This document shows positions 26,659 to 40,077 of a DNA stretch of 64,000 nucleotides, in pieces. A program made the translations under genes and the position numbers. Under the pieces are notes generated by a model. That model was given only the letters and a program-made list of their open reading frames with translations. It was not told where the DNA came from and did no database searches. The stretch is from Daphnia carinata. Lineage: Eukaryota. The stretch spans positions 4,464,001-4,528,000 of the forward strand of contig NC_081333.1 in NCBI RefSeq assembly GCF_022539665.2, in the 5' to 3' direction. How positions within the stretch are numbered: the stretch's first letter is position 1; each line of letters begins with the position of its first letter.

Positions 26659-26691
<33 letters not shown>

Positions 26692-29600
26692 AACTTCTTT
26701 CTTGCCCCTATATCGGGTTCCGTCTTCCATCTGGGGGGGAGGGGGGGGGGACAGCAACAACACTCTGACAAAAAAAAAAAAAAAAAAAAAGCAAAATTGC
26801 AAACAATTTTTTTTTGTGGATAAAAAAAAAAAAAAAGTTCGATTTTATATTTCGCTATTGTTTCCTGTCGTGCACATTTCGCCTCCCTCCCCCCCCCCCC
26901 CCCGCAGCGCATCGAGCCGTTTCAATAAACAAAAGCCCCTTTGAAAAAAAAATGCACATCGATCCATCATTAGACGCAAAGGCGCAGCAGCCTGGGATTC
27001 ATTATAAACGCGACGGTTGACTGGACGCTCTGATAGCCCAGTGACATATGGTCCAGGAAAGAGAAGAAGAAGAAGAAGACAAAAAGGCCAAAATGAAACA
27101 CGACACCGTTCGTCAAAAAAAAAACAAAAAAAAACATTAGTTTTTTGGTTAGACGAAAGGTTGATCAAAACATAATGCTTTAACGTTGCACGATACGTTG
27201 CGTACATCTTTTTTTTTTTTGAGTTCATCATCTTTCAACGTCTTTCACAGCTTAGAAACAAATGAAATCCATCGGCCAGTGATTGCGCCGAACGGGCGAT
27301 CAAAAAAACAAAAACAAAACAAAAACAAAAAAAAAAAAAAAACAGCACGTCTGCATCTTTTCGATTCGTTCCCTATTGATTGCAAATCTCGATCGAAAAA
27401 CAAATGAAAGTCGATACATCGAGGGAAAAAAAAAAGAAAAAGGACGAGCTAGATAAAGAATCAATATATTGTAGCACAAAATGAACAAACAAGCCGGCAA
27501 AAGAGTATCATCTTTCTCTTCTGTTTTCTATACCACAACAATAACAACACGATTCCTTCTAACGTGTGTCCTCTTCTATTTCAGGAGAGAGATAGAGAGA
27601 GAGAGAAAAAAAAAAAAGAAGAAGGCAAAAAATGATTCGAGTTGTTTACGACATTTTGTTGGTCCTTCTTGTTCCGCTCGTTTTGTTTGTTTGTTTTTTT
27701 TGTTTTTTTTTGTGCCCATTTTCGTTGTTGTTGTATCAAGATGATTATCATCATCCGCTTCGACTTCTTTCCTCCTACTAGACTCTTGACAGTCAACTGC
27801 AAATAACTTTGGCCGGGAGTACCCACCCCCTTCCAAAGATTTATATTAAAACATTTCTCACCCGTTTAACTCTCGACATGTCTGCCGAAAATTCTTTAGC
27901 TCAACATTTGCCCCCCGTTTGTTTGTTTGTTTGTTTTTTTTTCTTTTTTTCCTGCACTAAAAAACAAAGCAAATCTAATGGGCGCAAACGTCACTCGAGG
28001 ACGTCGTCCGAACATTGCCATTCCCGACCATTTACCTTAAGTGAAGATTGTCGACCCAAAAAGATGTTGGCATCAAGGGAAAAAAGAATGAGTTCTCTGC
28101 AAATGTCGGAAGACGATGCGCCTCGTGACGACAGTTGCAACAATAACGGCTGCACGATTCACGCAAAATGACGTCATTGAACGTAATCGTACAGAAATCC
28201 CTCCCCCCCCCCCCCTCCGGTCTTCATTTGATTCCATTTCCCCGACACACACGAAACCACTTGAAAATAGTTGAATGGATTTAGGGCGATTGAAATCGGC
28301 GCACACATCCATTCACCTTTTTTTCAAAAAATAAAAGCGAAATTCGTGATTCATTAAACGATTATTTGCCGCATCGATAGAAATCTGTTGGCAGCTTTGA
28401 TTACCTCCTACCGCCTTCTTATTTTGCCCATTATTAGTATTTAATAGCACGACGATAAACTGAAAGGGGGAAGAAAACAAAACAAAAAAAAAAGGAGACG
28501 GTTATCCTGTAATGTTTTCTTTTTCCAGCGTTTCCCATAGCGACTGGAGCGAGCACAAACCGAGTCTTTTTTTTTTTTAATCTGCCGCCCCTCCTTTCAA
28601 ATTAGATGATGATGGATCATCATCGTCAGCACGAAACGGCAAACGGGGCAAATCCTCTTTCTGGTTTAGAACTTAGAGCGTCCAGCACAAAAACTCAGCC
28701 AACCCCTCCCCTTTTGCCCCTCAGGGGTATTTGTTCCGTGAACCGGAAGAACATTTCATCATCATTTCCGTTTTGAAAAAAAAAACAAAAAAAAACAAAA
28801 CAAAACAAAAGAAAAAAAAATCCTCGTTTCGTTGCCATAGAATCAACGGCCTTGTTTTACACGAACCCTCCCATGTAAACAAACCTAATAACCTTTTCCC
28901 TGCCCTCTTTTTTTTTTTCTTTTCATTAACTCATCAACTTAAAAAAAAAAAAAAAACTTTTAAAAATGGCAGTTTGCTGGCAATGAAAAAATGCCAGCGA
29001 CTTGAAATAGCGAAAACGTGGACGCAAACGTCAATGATGAGTCAAGGGCAACAAATATTTTATGCGGACGCAATTCTCAATCGGCGCCCGTCCACGGAAA
29101 GAAAAGAAAGAAAAAAAGAAATTTCCAATTCAAATTCCGCCGGTACGAAAACCCTCGGAACTCTCTATATAACAACATCAACGTCCCGTCTTCCCTGTAT
29201 GTGTGCATAGTAGGATGCCAGCATTTCCCTATAAGAGAACGACAAACATATTCCGCATTTTCAATGCAATTGCAACGCACTAGTTCGTATTTCAAATAGG
29301 CTAAACACAAAAAAAAAAAAAAAAAAGGAAGGGAAAATGGGGAGCAGCCAAATTTCATAACAATCCGCACCGGATGCGACGACAACGAACAAAAAAAAAA
29401 AAAAAAAAAAAAGAATTATGTACACGTCTTGTCTTGTGTAGCGTTCGCAATACAGTGAGCGGCCCCCCTATCGACCGGAAGCCGGAAATCGGCCGAACAG
29501 TTGCAATTCTATCGGATAGTGTCCTGCCATTTATCCAGCTCAATTGCGAAAACAAAAAAACAAAAAAACAAAAAATGAAACAATAATCTGCGACGTTTGA

Positions 29601-29797
29601 AAAAAAACAACAAACAAACAAACAAAAAAACAAATCAACTTTGAATATCATTTTTTGAATGAATTTTCCAAGTAAAACGGATAAAGCGGAACTATCAAGA
29701 GAATTTGCATTTGACAATGTTCTTCCGAAAACTGTGGGAATTGGATTTTCGAAACACAAAAAGAAAAAAAAAAAAAAAAAATGGAGGAGGGAATTAA

Positions 29798-29800
<3 letters not shown>

Positions 29801-29849
<49 letters not shown>
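29801..29849. repeat. (CT)n microsatellite
   Basis: Uninterrupted TC dinucleotide run. Confidence 0.9.
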
Positions 29850-29852
<3 letters not shown>

Positions 29853-30136
29853 TAATTCGATTAGACGAATTGAATCAGTTGGGTGGAGAGAGTCCGCCAA
29901 TTGCGTAAAGTTTGCCATCGCATCCAGCGCTTGGACAAAAGACAGCGCGGTATCTATAACAATACGCTAACCTTCCGTGTTCCTTATCCCGTTAGACATG
30001 TCTCCCATCCCCCCCCCCCCTCTCTCTCTTTTTTTTTTTTTTTTTTTTTTTTTATCCATCCATCGATTCGAAATCTCCGTCCCAAAAGGGAAACGAATGA
30101 GAAAAGCAAAAAAAAAAAAAAAAGCAAAAAAAAAAA

Positions 30137-30168
<32 letters not shown>

Positions 30169-30744
30169 GACGGGTCAAAAGCCTAACCGGGTCGGAAGGG
30201 GATGACGGATGATATTTAGGTTTTGCCTATGCAATCGGCAGCCATAACGGTCAAAGCAACAAACAAAATCAAATAATATAAAAAAAAAGAAAAGAAAGTC
30301 CAGAAATAAATAAATCGCAAATATTTTCCGCCCGATCCAATCTGCTCTCTGGGGTGGTGACGGATCGATTTTTTACGGGACGCTACGTCAAGGCTCTACC
30401 CATTTTTCTTTTAATAGATTTCTTTTTCCGTTCTTGGTCCGTCCGCGGCCGTCTCTCACTTCGTTCTTCGATGGCAAATCCTACAACGTAGAATTCGGGA
30501 TGGGGTTATACGGCCAGTCTAATCCATCATGCGGATGGATGATTCCCTGGAATATCGCATAAATATGGCACGAATTCATCTCTGTGCGTGGCCGGTCGCA
30601 AAGGAGGAGCAGGTCGGGGGGGGGGGGGGGCATGGCATTCGGGCGCGAAGGAAACCGTGTAGGGCTCAAAAGATAAATGGAATCAATCAATAAACAAACA
30701 CACACGCATCCATCCGATATGCGTGGGTAAAAAAAAAAAAAAAA

Positions 30745-30775
<31 letters not shown>

Positions 30776-31106
30776 AATAGATATACATAGTAGGCGAGCC
30801 CGTCGTGGATATAGCCCTCTCCATGTGGGCGACACACCATCTGCTCTCCGTTGCGACGCAGAGACAGTTTGCGCGTTGAAATATTTTCATTCTTTTTTTT
30901 TTTTTTTTTTTAATTATTTTGTGTCTAGCTTTTTAAATCAAATCGTTTCGTTCCATCTCCCGATTCTGATGCGCGCTATCGCATTGGCAAAACAAATCAC
31001 ATTTTTTGAAATCTAAACAACAAAAGGGCGCCAAATCTTGAAATATTTTAAGTGTCCCTCCCCTTTTTTTTTTATGGAAATCAACTGGAGAATTTTGTAG
31101 TTAAAG

Positions 31107-31147
<41 letters not shown>

Positions 31148-31781
31148 AAAACATCATTTCGTCCAGTGACTGGGCAATGTCTGAAATCCATAAAAAGAAA
31201 AGAAAACAAGTCGACATCAAGAGAAACGACACCCTTGGTCGATGTTCCATCGAAATCCAAATATTATGAAAAGCCTTTAGTTACAAACCAAATGAAACAA
31301 GACAAAACTGTCTGTTTTCTTCTTTCTTTCTTTCTTTCTTTCTTTATTTCTTTATTTTGGTACCATCATCCCCGACGTCTAAGAGGATTAAATGGATGAA
31401 GGAATGATTCTCTTTTCTTCCCTTCGCTGACCGACTTTGGTTCGTGCAGATCATAAAAGCTCTCCCAGAGAGAGAGGGACCTTATCGTCTTTCTTATCCA
31501 TCAACTCTGTTTTGTTTTTCTTTCTGTTAAGAACGAACGCTAGGCAACGGCCTGTCCCCATCTCCTAACGAATTGATGGAAAATGAGGAGGCCAACAAGA
31601 AAGAAAGGAGGGACTTTGACTCACCCACCATTTTCAGGTGAAAAAAAAAAAAAAAAAAAAAAAGAAAAGAAAGAAAGAAAAGGTACATCCATCACATCGA
31701 TGAAAGACGATGTGATGGATGATGCCGACAAAGACACATGGAGTATTAACACTTAAACTACTCTGCAGAAATCTATCTCTA

Positions 31782-31829
<48 letters not shown>

Positions 31830-34800
31830 GATCTCGGCTGGATATCTATATTGATACGATTTTTGGACGTAAAGTGCATTCGATTTTGCCTGACTCGCGC
31901 GCGCGTACACACGGCACAGCTTGCGCCTGGACGACACGATGGCGGAAGACTCTATCCGGAGAGGACGATGGATAGAAGCCTTAAGGAAAGAGAGATGGTT
32001 GTGAGAGGAAAAAAAAAAAAGAAAGAGCCTTCACGTCGTCGGCGACAACGTTTTTCGATGGCTATAGAAAAATATAGAAAAAAAAAAAAAAAAAAAAAAG
32101 AAGATCGATGGTTTTTCTTCACGCTCTCAATGCTACCACTCCCGATCGATAATATCGGCATTTTTTTTTTCTTTTTGTTCATAGACAGACAAGAAAAGAA
32201 TAAATTTTTTTTTATTTTTTTTTCGTATTTGCCGTATTCATCAACATGTTAAGGTCTTTTGTCGCATCATTTTTCCGACTTTTTGAATACGAGAATAGAA
32301 ACGCGGGAGAACTGCCATACATTACCATCGAATTTCTATTCAACATTTTTTTTTTTTCTTTTTTTTTTTTTACTATTATTATTATTCGTCTTTGAAAAAA
32401 AAAAAACGCGCTCTTTTTTTTTCTTTTGGCGGCCAAATCGAACCACGACGCATCAAAATGGGGGGGGGGGGGGGAAGCGACCGTGTGGTTATGAAATAAA
32501 ACTGTCAATTCGTCCAAGTAAAAACGAAAAGTGGACACGTCTCGACTCTTATTGCAATCTTTTCCAACCGACACCAAACAACTGACACTACTGAATTTCT
32601 CTAACGTTTCCCATCAACTTGGGCTGGTGGCTTGCGTTTCACCTATCGATTCGACGGCTCGTTTTCAAATTACTATGCCGAGGAGGAGCAACTTGTTGAA
32701 GTGCCTGATTGCGAACTTACGTTTCGCAGCCTTTCTCTTGTTTCATTTGTAACGAAAAGAGACTCGAAACGTTTGCCCCCCCCCCACTTTCTTCCTAAAT
32801 AAATAGTTATTACTGCAGCCGTGTCTGTCTATCTCTCTCTCTATCCCCAACTCGGGAAAAAACAAAAAACAAAAAAAAAAACTTACAGACACATTAGAAA
32901 TGCCGCCCAGGTAACGACGTCAACGTCTTCACATAACTCACCCACTCGTCTCTCTCTCTCTCTCTCTCTCACCTTCATTTCTATCCCTTTCCAAGAAAAA
33001 AAAAAAAAAAATCTATTTAATAAAGACGAACGAACGTGTTTCAATACATTCGTACACCCCTCCCCCCTCCCTCACCCTTCCCGTATGTTAATCCAATTAT
33101 AAAAAAAATAAAACAAAAAAAAACAAAAAACGTGCATGTTTGGAGAGAAAATAAAAACAAGTGCGAGTGTTATCGACGTGGGTTAAGCATAATCAAGTTT
33201 ACGTCCATCATCGGCGCATCCAAACGGAAAACAAAAGAGCATTGTCGGTTGTGTTATCGAGAGCCACTACCTCACGATTTACTTGGCCTATTGTTTACGC
33301 AGGACACAAAAAAAAAAAACAAAAAAACAAAAAAAAAAAACCTCATCCACTCGAATGTCCGCGCCGCTCATCGTAGTGCAACGATAATCGATCAAAAACG
33401 TAAAGGAAAGAGGGGGGGGGGGGGGGGGGGGTGCGAAAAGAGCTTATTGTAGATAGAGTTGTACTACGGGTGTGTACAGTCTCTTACTTGTGTGACTAGA
33501 CGCTGTTTATCTGGCCGTGTGTGTTACTCATCGATCACACGACGCAACCACCAGACGGACACGCGTAGACACACATGTTACAAGTTCCACCTCATTTTTT
33601 TTTTCTCCCTCTCTCTCTTTAACTTGCAGATGACATCTATAGGATTCCGGTCAGTCCCCCCCCCCCGTTCTTTATAGGTCGGTGAAACAACTTCCCAGAT
33701 TGGAAAGTGCCATCGCTACGAGCATAAAAGAGAGGAAGCGACATCGCGAATCGAACTCTGTCGCCTCGACCCCCCCCCCCCCCTCCGTGTTCGGAATAGC
33801 GGAACCCACCTTTTGTAGCGAGTGTCTATTGTATTGGAGATCTATACAAGCGAGTTGCGTTGCCTATATTTGTGCATGTTTCTTTCGTACGTAGTTCAAT
33901 GTCGACGCAAAATCGAATTATGTAACCTCCCTCCCACCCCCCCCCCCGACCCCTTACCTTCAAAGCAAAATGATAAGTGTAATGTTCGCTGAAAAATTGG
34001 CAATGCTGTTCATTGCCGATGTGTTGAGCCTCGGCCAAATTGAACGAGTTCAACGAACCGTGAAAAACTAATTGTAACGTTCGTTTTTTGTTTGTTTTTT
34101 TTTTACAACTCAATAACAAAAATTAAACGGCAACATCGCGTGAAATCAACACTTCGTTTGTTTTTCGTTTTTTTTTTTTTTTTTTAACTGTGATTATTTC
34201 TAAAAAAAAAAAAAAAAAAAAAAATGCTGTCCAGGAAATGAAGAACAGCTGAAAATGCACGGGATGTCCGTGGACACGCATCGCGATCTCTTTTGTCCCC
34301 ATTCAACAACACCCCCCCCCCCCAAACGAACATTCGGCAATGGCATATTCTCACAGACGTAAACTTCCGATCGGAACTCTGAAAGCATTTCGCAGTGGCC
34401 ACACGACTCGCAGCCACAATTGTCAATGCCTTCTCCTTCCCATCCACCACCGCTTTTTAATTAAAAAGCGAGCAGAGCCGAGTCAGCATTCGGAACACGC
34501 AAATTTTTCAATAACGAATCGAGGCGAAAACCACTGACCGATGATGATGAAGACGAGCCAAACGGGCGACGACGACCAGCTATTCATTGTGAATCGAAAC
34601 AATAGGATTGTGAACTTTACGGTCCAAAAGCTGATTCGATTTCAAACGACGTTCTCAATGCCACCCATTCAATTTGAAATCCATTGCGAAAATTCACATT
34701 TTCATCCGTCGTTCAAATATCGCACATATTTCGTTTTTTTTTTGTTTTGTTTTGTTTTTTAACGTAACAAATCAAACACCGATGCCTTTATTAAAAAAAA

Positions 34801-37800
34801 AAAAAAAAAAAAAACGCGTGTCGTAATTGTTTCAAGAAAACGCACAACTCGAAACGAGCACGGGAAATAAAGGGAGAAGCGACCGGTTTGAGCTGCGTCA
34901 CGTTGACGACTGCGGGCGGAAGTACGGGGCCAAAAAAAAAGAGGGATGGGGTGCGCGTATGTACACCCAAAAGCTACCCACCTCCCCGTCCGCCTGCCGG
35001 CGGTGGAAGAGGACGAATCCTGCGCTCACCTTGCCTATACAAAACGCATTAAAAAGCAAACGAAACTGAAGCGGTTGTATAAAACATTCGAATGTTAAGA
35101 GAAACTGATGCGGCTCAAAAACTTTTTCATCAACGGTTTTCTTGAGCGACAAGAATTTCGCGTTCATCGCGCAAGGTACCAAGATGCATAAAAGTGTAAT
35201 GTAACAAAGGCTTTGATTTCTATTTTCATAGAAGCTCTAAACTCGGCTGCTCGTTACTCCGCTTCGGTGGGATGTTAAAAGCGAACCAATCTTTTGATCT
35301 CAGCGTCTCCAACCAAATCCGTGATCTTTTTTTGTTTACTTCGTGCGCTGCGCTGTCCCTCAGCTTCTTAGAAAACGCTGTGCCACTTGTGTGTCTCTAA
35401 TGCGGTATACAGCCCCCAAACAACGTTGCTACTCGTATCTTTTTAATGCAGTCCATTCGCAATTCATTGATTTATCTATTTTCATTTTGACAAAAAAAAA
35501 AAAAAAATTGCAAATAAAAAAAAAAAAAAAAAGGGGGGGAGTAAATGAGAGATGGAAGGGCGAGAAAGCTTCGTCGAGTTTCGCTTTGCCATTATCGGCC
35601 GGGTCGTTCGGTCAACTGTGAAATGGGAAAGGAGTTAGACCACGGCCATAGACACACACGCACCGGGGACAATGAAAGGACCAGTGCTCTTGACGTCACT
35701 TATAACAAAACAAAGAGAAAGAGAGAGAGAGACACACGCTAGTAGGGCAGATGGCCGGTTTCGACGAAATTCACAATGGATACGCACCGATGCCTTTTCC
35801 GAGTCTAATCGATTGACAATCCAATAGTTCCAGTAGCAGCAGTAGTCGACAGTTAGAGTCTTCCATGTTTCGACTACACCCTCTCTACTCCCCTCCATGA
35901 AAAAAAAAAAAAAGACGAATCCTTTCCATGTGTCTTTCCTGCTCGTGTGTATCGTGTCGAGGCGGCAGAAGAGGAAAAAAGAAAGAAAAGCAGACACTTA
36001 TTTTCACACGAGCTGTTCATCTTACTTAACGGTGCGGAATCACCCAATAGCCTATGAGACCATCGACCGGCTGCAGGGGGGGGGAAGCGGACGCAAAAGA
36101 AAAATATAAAGAATCGATGCAACAATAAATTTGGAGGGGGGGGGGGGAGGTCGAATGTCTTCCGTGTTCCATTTGCAAATTGCAGATGGAAAATCAACAA
36201 CCGTCAATCTTATACGACTGGAAAGAATATTCAAGCCATTGGAAATGGAAAAAAAAAACAAAAAAAAAATTGCTCCCGCCTTTTATTTCCTATTGTTATT
36301 TGTGTGTGGTGTATCGTATGTAAAAGATGTCGGTATGCTACCCTATACATAATGGGCCTGGAGAGAGGATGGTAGCATACTTGAATTCTTTTTCTTTTTT
36401 GCACGCAGGCAACGCCAGATTCCTAATTGATGCTACTATTCGTGCAGCAACTATTCCCCCTCCTAATGAGAAAAATCCCTTTTTCTATTTTTCAAGAGGG
36501 CTCTTTGTTCCGATACATCTTAAAAAAAAAAAAAAAAAAAAGGAGAGGGAAAGAGTAGGGAGTTCATCCATAACAAACAAGCCAGAACGTCTGTTGTCCC
36601 ATTTTTACGAACTGAAGCGGTTTTTTTTTTTTTTTTCAGATGGCATGTGTGTAGGCCTCTATAATACATGTCGAAAACAAAACAACAAAAAAAGCAAAGT
36701 ATATATATATATATGCACTCGAAAGTTGCATCTATATAAATATATGCTTTCGGGTAGAATAAAAGAGTGTTATTATTATTCTCGCTAGCTGCTTTCTCTC
36801 TAGTTGATACTTATTTGCAACAACCATAAGACGAAGAGTTTTACGACGTCCTTTTCCCACTCGTATAGCCTTTTCTTTTCCTCCTTCATTCTCTCGTTTT
36901 TGTTTCCAGCTTTTATGTACATATGGCGCGCACATGTGTAGGCAATATATGATATATATTCCATGTACAGGATAAGCTCTCTCGTGTGCACAAGTCATGC
37001 AGGCAACTTATTCAAAGATTCATGACGAAGCGACGACAGCCAGGCTCAATAAGTTTTGATTTGATGTCACAAGTTGTTAGCGCAAAGGGAAATTGACGAG
37101 TGGACGTAAACACGCGGAACAATGTACGTATATAGATGGACAGCACGGCTTTACCAGTGTGTCGTCAGGGAAAACAGGGAAAACATGCGGTGTGGGATGC
37201 ATAATAATAGTTGTCCTACCTTTTGGTTGCTCACTGCAGCTTGGATGTTTGTACCATCAGTTATTGACCCAGCAGACCTGAAAGAAAGTTACAGTTTGTT
37301 AGGTGACATGTCAAAGTCTCGTATTTGCAAACATGCAAAATTTTGTGGCAATGAAAAGTTGGGACAAGTTGCACAAATGCTTAGTTAGACACAGAATATC
37401 TGAACCAGATGTAATACTGGAGCAAACTTTTTATCGTATTAGCCATAGCTAGGTTTGCAAACACAAATCCAAAACGTCATGATGCAGGATGGTTGCACGA
37501 ATAAAACAAGCATGTTGTCATGTTTGTTTCATGTCAACTTGAAAATTCAGGACCAAGTATTTCTTTCTTTACAGTTTATCTTCCAGAGTTTTGTGTGGCC
37601 TTCTTTTTACTGTTGGTGCCACCCACCTGACTGGTTTCGAAAAATCTCATAGATATGATGGAATAAACTACAGTTAAAAAAAAAAATCCTTTTCCATGAT
37701 TGACAAGGAATACAAATTCTACATGCCTGTGATGTATGACTTGGGCTTCTTTTAAAGAATTCCATCACATGAAAAATGTGAAAACTTGGGATGAGGGAAG

Positions 37801-38927
37801 ATATTTCAACTTTGAGAAAGAAAAATTCTTACTTTCATCCAATTTGTTTTAGGATATTAAAAACTATTTTACCTGGCACCACGTGTGAGAATGGAATCCA
37901 ATGCTAGGGCAGGTATATCGTTCTAGGAATTTAAGCAGCCTGGTTGCCCTTCAACTACTTCACGTACTCTGAACAATGCTAGTTCAATTTTACCATTTTT
38001 CTTGGAAACCTCGAATATCTCAGGTATCTCAGATTCATTTACATCCAAAACACAATTTAACAACTTGTGAGAGTGAATTCCACATTTTCAAATCCTTTGG
38101 AAGAATAATCTGGAATGTCTCTGGCAACGCCATCTGTCGGCTAAGAGCAGAACGCAATGTCTTTATCGTAAAAAAAAAAAACCAATTCAATTCAAAACGT
38201 CGTAATCGTTTCGATATTTCGTGACTGTTGGCGGATAATTAGCGCATCAACTGTGATAGAGGCGGGAAACAGATGACTCCACGAAGCGTGATGGTCAAAC
38301 CAGATGGCACAACAACAAGAAAACCACCGCCCCTGTTGCCACCCCAGAACACTGAAGGCCAAATTGACGCAATAAGCTCACCAGTGCCACCCAATTGTCT
38401 CGCAAACAACAATAAGAAAACATGAACAAAAGAACCAAGAGCCAGGAAACGTGCATTGAATCAGTCAGTAGAATGCTTTTCTTCAAGGTTGACTAAACGT
38501 AGAAGAACATCACAAAGAGCAACCGCCATTCAAGATGGTGAAGGATAAACCCTTATTATATCACCACCAATTTAAAAACGACGACTGCTGGCGTCACAGC
38601 GCATAATAATGCACGAGCACATTGAAAGAAACACAACGCGAAAAATTCCTTTGTCTTGTGTCAAATTAAGCACTGGCCTTGTTAATTAGTCAAGGGCTCA
38701 GTTTACACGAAGAACGAGGAGCTTCAGACCTAATTTCGTTCACGTTTTAAGCTCAAAAGAAATTTTATTTTAAAAAAACAAACAAAATCAATTTGAAATG
38801 GATTAAGCCAAGCGACATACAGTATACAGTTTGCGAGCATATAAATTCATATAGAACTCTATATCTAAATAAACTTTGAAGTGTTTTCTTTCTTTCTTTT
38901 TTTTTTTTTTTTGCCGATGGCGGCTTA

Positions 38928-40077
38928 CTACAATTTTGCCCACAACTCCGCCTCTATTTCTTGTTCCAGTAATTTTTTGGCTTCGGCGCTGTGCTGACAT
39001 TTACCGTGTTTGCATACGTACGTTATGGATGATCTTCGCAAACTTTTGGTAGGACCGTTTTCTCTTACTTTGGGTGCATCAGGCAGAATCCGTTCAATGA
39101 TGGATTCTGTTTGTGACTGTGTTGTTATCTCTGCACCGAAAGTCAAGGTAGATTCTTGACTAGGTGATTCCGTAGTTGGTGATTCTGTCGTCAGAGTTTC
39201 TTCATCTTCTTCTTTCTCAGTCACGGATTCCCCCTCCTCGTTTTCCGCTTCTTCTTCGGGTTCTGTTTCTTTCTCGGTAGTTTCTTCTTTCTCTGATTCA
39301 ATCGCCACCTCCATTGATTTGCCTTGGGATTCTTCTTCTTCTTTCGGGGATTTCCCGACGGGCTTCTTTTGTTCTTTGGAACTCACTTCGGACTTTGTTT
39401 CTTTCGGACATTCTTTCTGAGGTTGCTCCGTTGATGGTTCTTCTTTTTTAACAACGTCTGCGACGCCATCTGATTCCTTCTCTTCGTCCTCTGTTTCCAC
39501 GTGGAGCTTAGCCTTTTTTGCCTCTTTCAAAGGCTCGCTTTTCGTATCTTTCTCGGACTTGTCTTCCCCTTTTTTAGATTCAGTTTGACTCACCTTTTCT
39601 CTTTCCTTCTTCTGCGATCGTTCCTCTTTTGTGGGACTGTCAGCGGTTGATTTCTTCGTTTCATTTTTCCCGAATTTCGACCCGCCTTTCGCTTCCTCCT
39701 CCATTTCTTCTTCAAGTTCGTCATCGTCTTCTTCCTCGGAAGACTCATCGAGAGCTGACCACGGCGCTGATTTGATCATGCGATGAAACGGACTGTGAAA
39801 CGGAGACACCATTTGGTAGTAGACGAACGAAGGCATCATCATCATGGTTGGAACGGCAGGCCCGTCGTCCATCGAACCGAACAGCGAATGGTGGAAACCA
39901 GCGAATGATGGAGAAGAACGACGTGCTGGAACAGGCTTAGCTTCCATCAGGTTGATTGCAGTCATCAGGGCAGACACACCTACCATAAACTTGGCAACAT
40001 ATAATCAATAAAATAACCGCGATGAATAAATAGGGATTGAATTGCCAACTAACCAGGAGACGATGATAACGAGCCAT
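38928..40077 (-). CDS. Secreted acidic Glu/Lys/Ser/Thr-rich low-complexity protein A, ~361 aa
   Basis: Exon 40077-40054 (MARYHRLL) spliced GT-AG to 39989-38928 gives a signal peptide MARYHRLLFMVGVSALMTAINLMEA|KP. Contains DESSEEEDDDE, TTESP repeats and a C-terminal YVCKHGKC. TATA-like at ~40187-40194 and Inr TCATTC at ~40157. Confidence 0.8.

Noticed and set aside
17040..37000. Many short ORFs with poly-K/F/G/P tracts
   Set aside because: They are translations of homopolymer runs in introns and intergenic DNA, with no splice-consistent gene structure.
38295..38486. Hydrophobic minus-strand ORF as the dpr signal-peptide exon
   Set aside because: Its GTGAG donor is phase 0, while the next dpr exon needs phase 1; the phase-1 frame has a stop upstream and no ATG.
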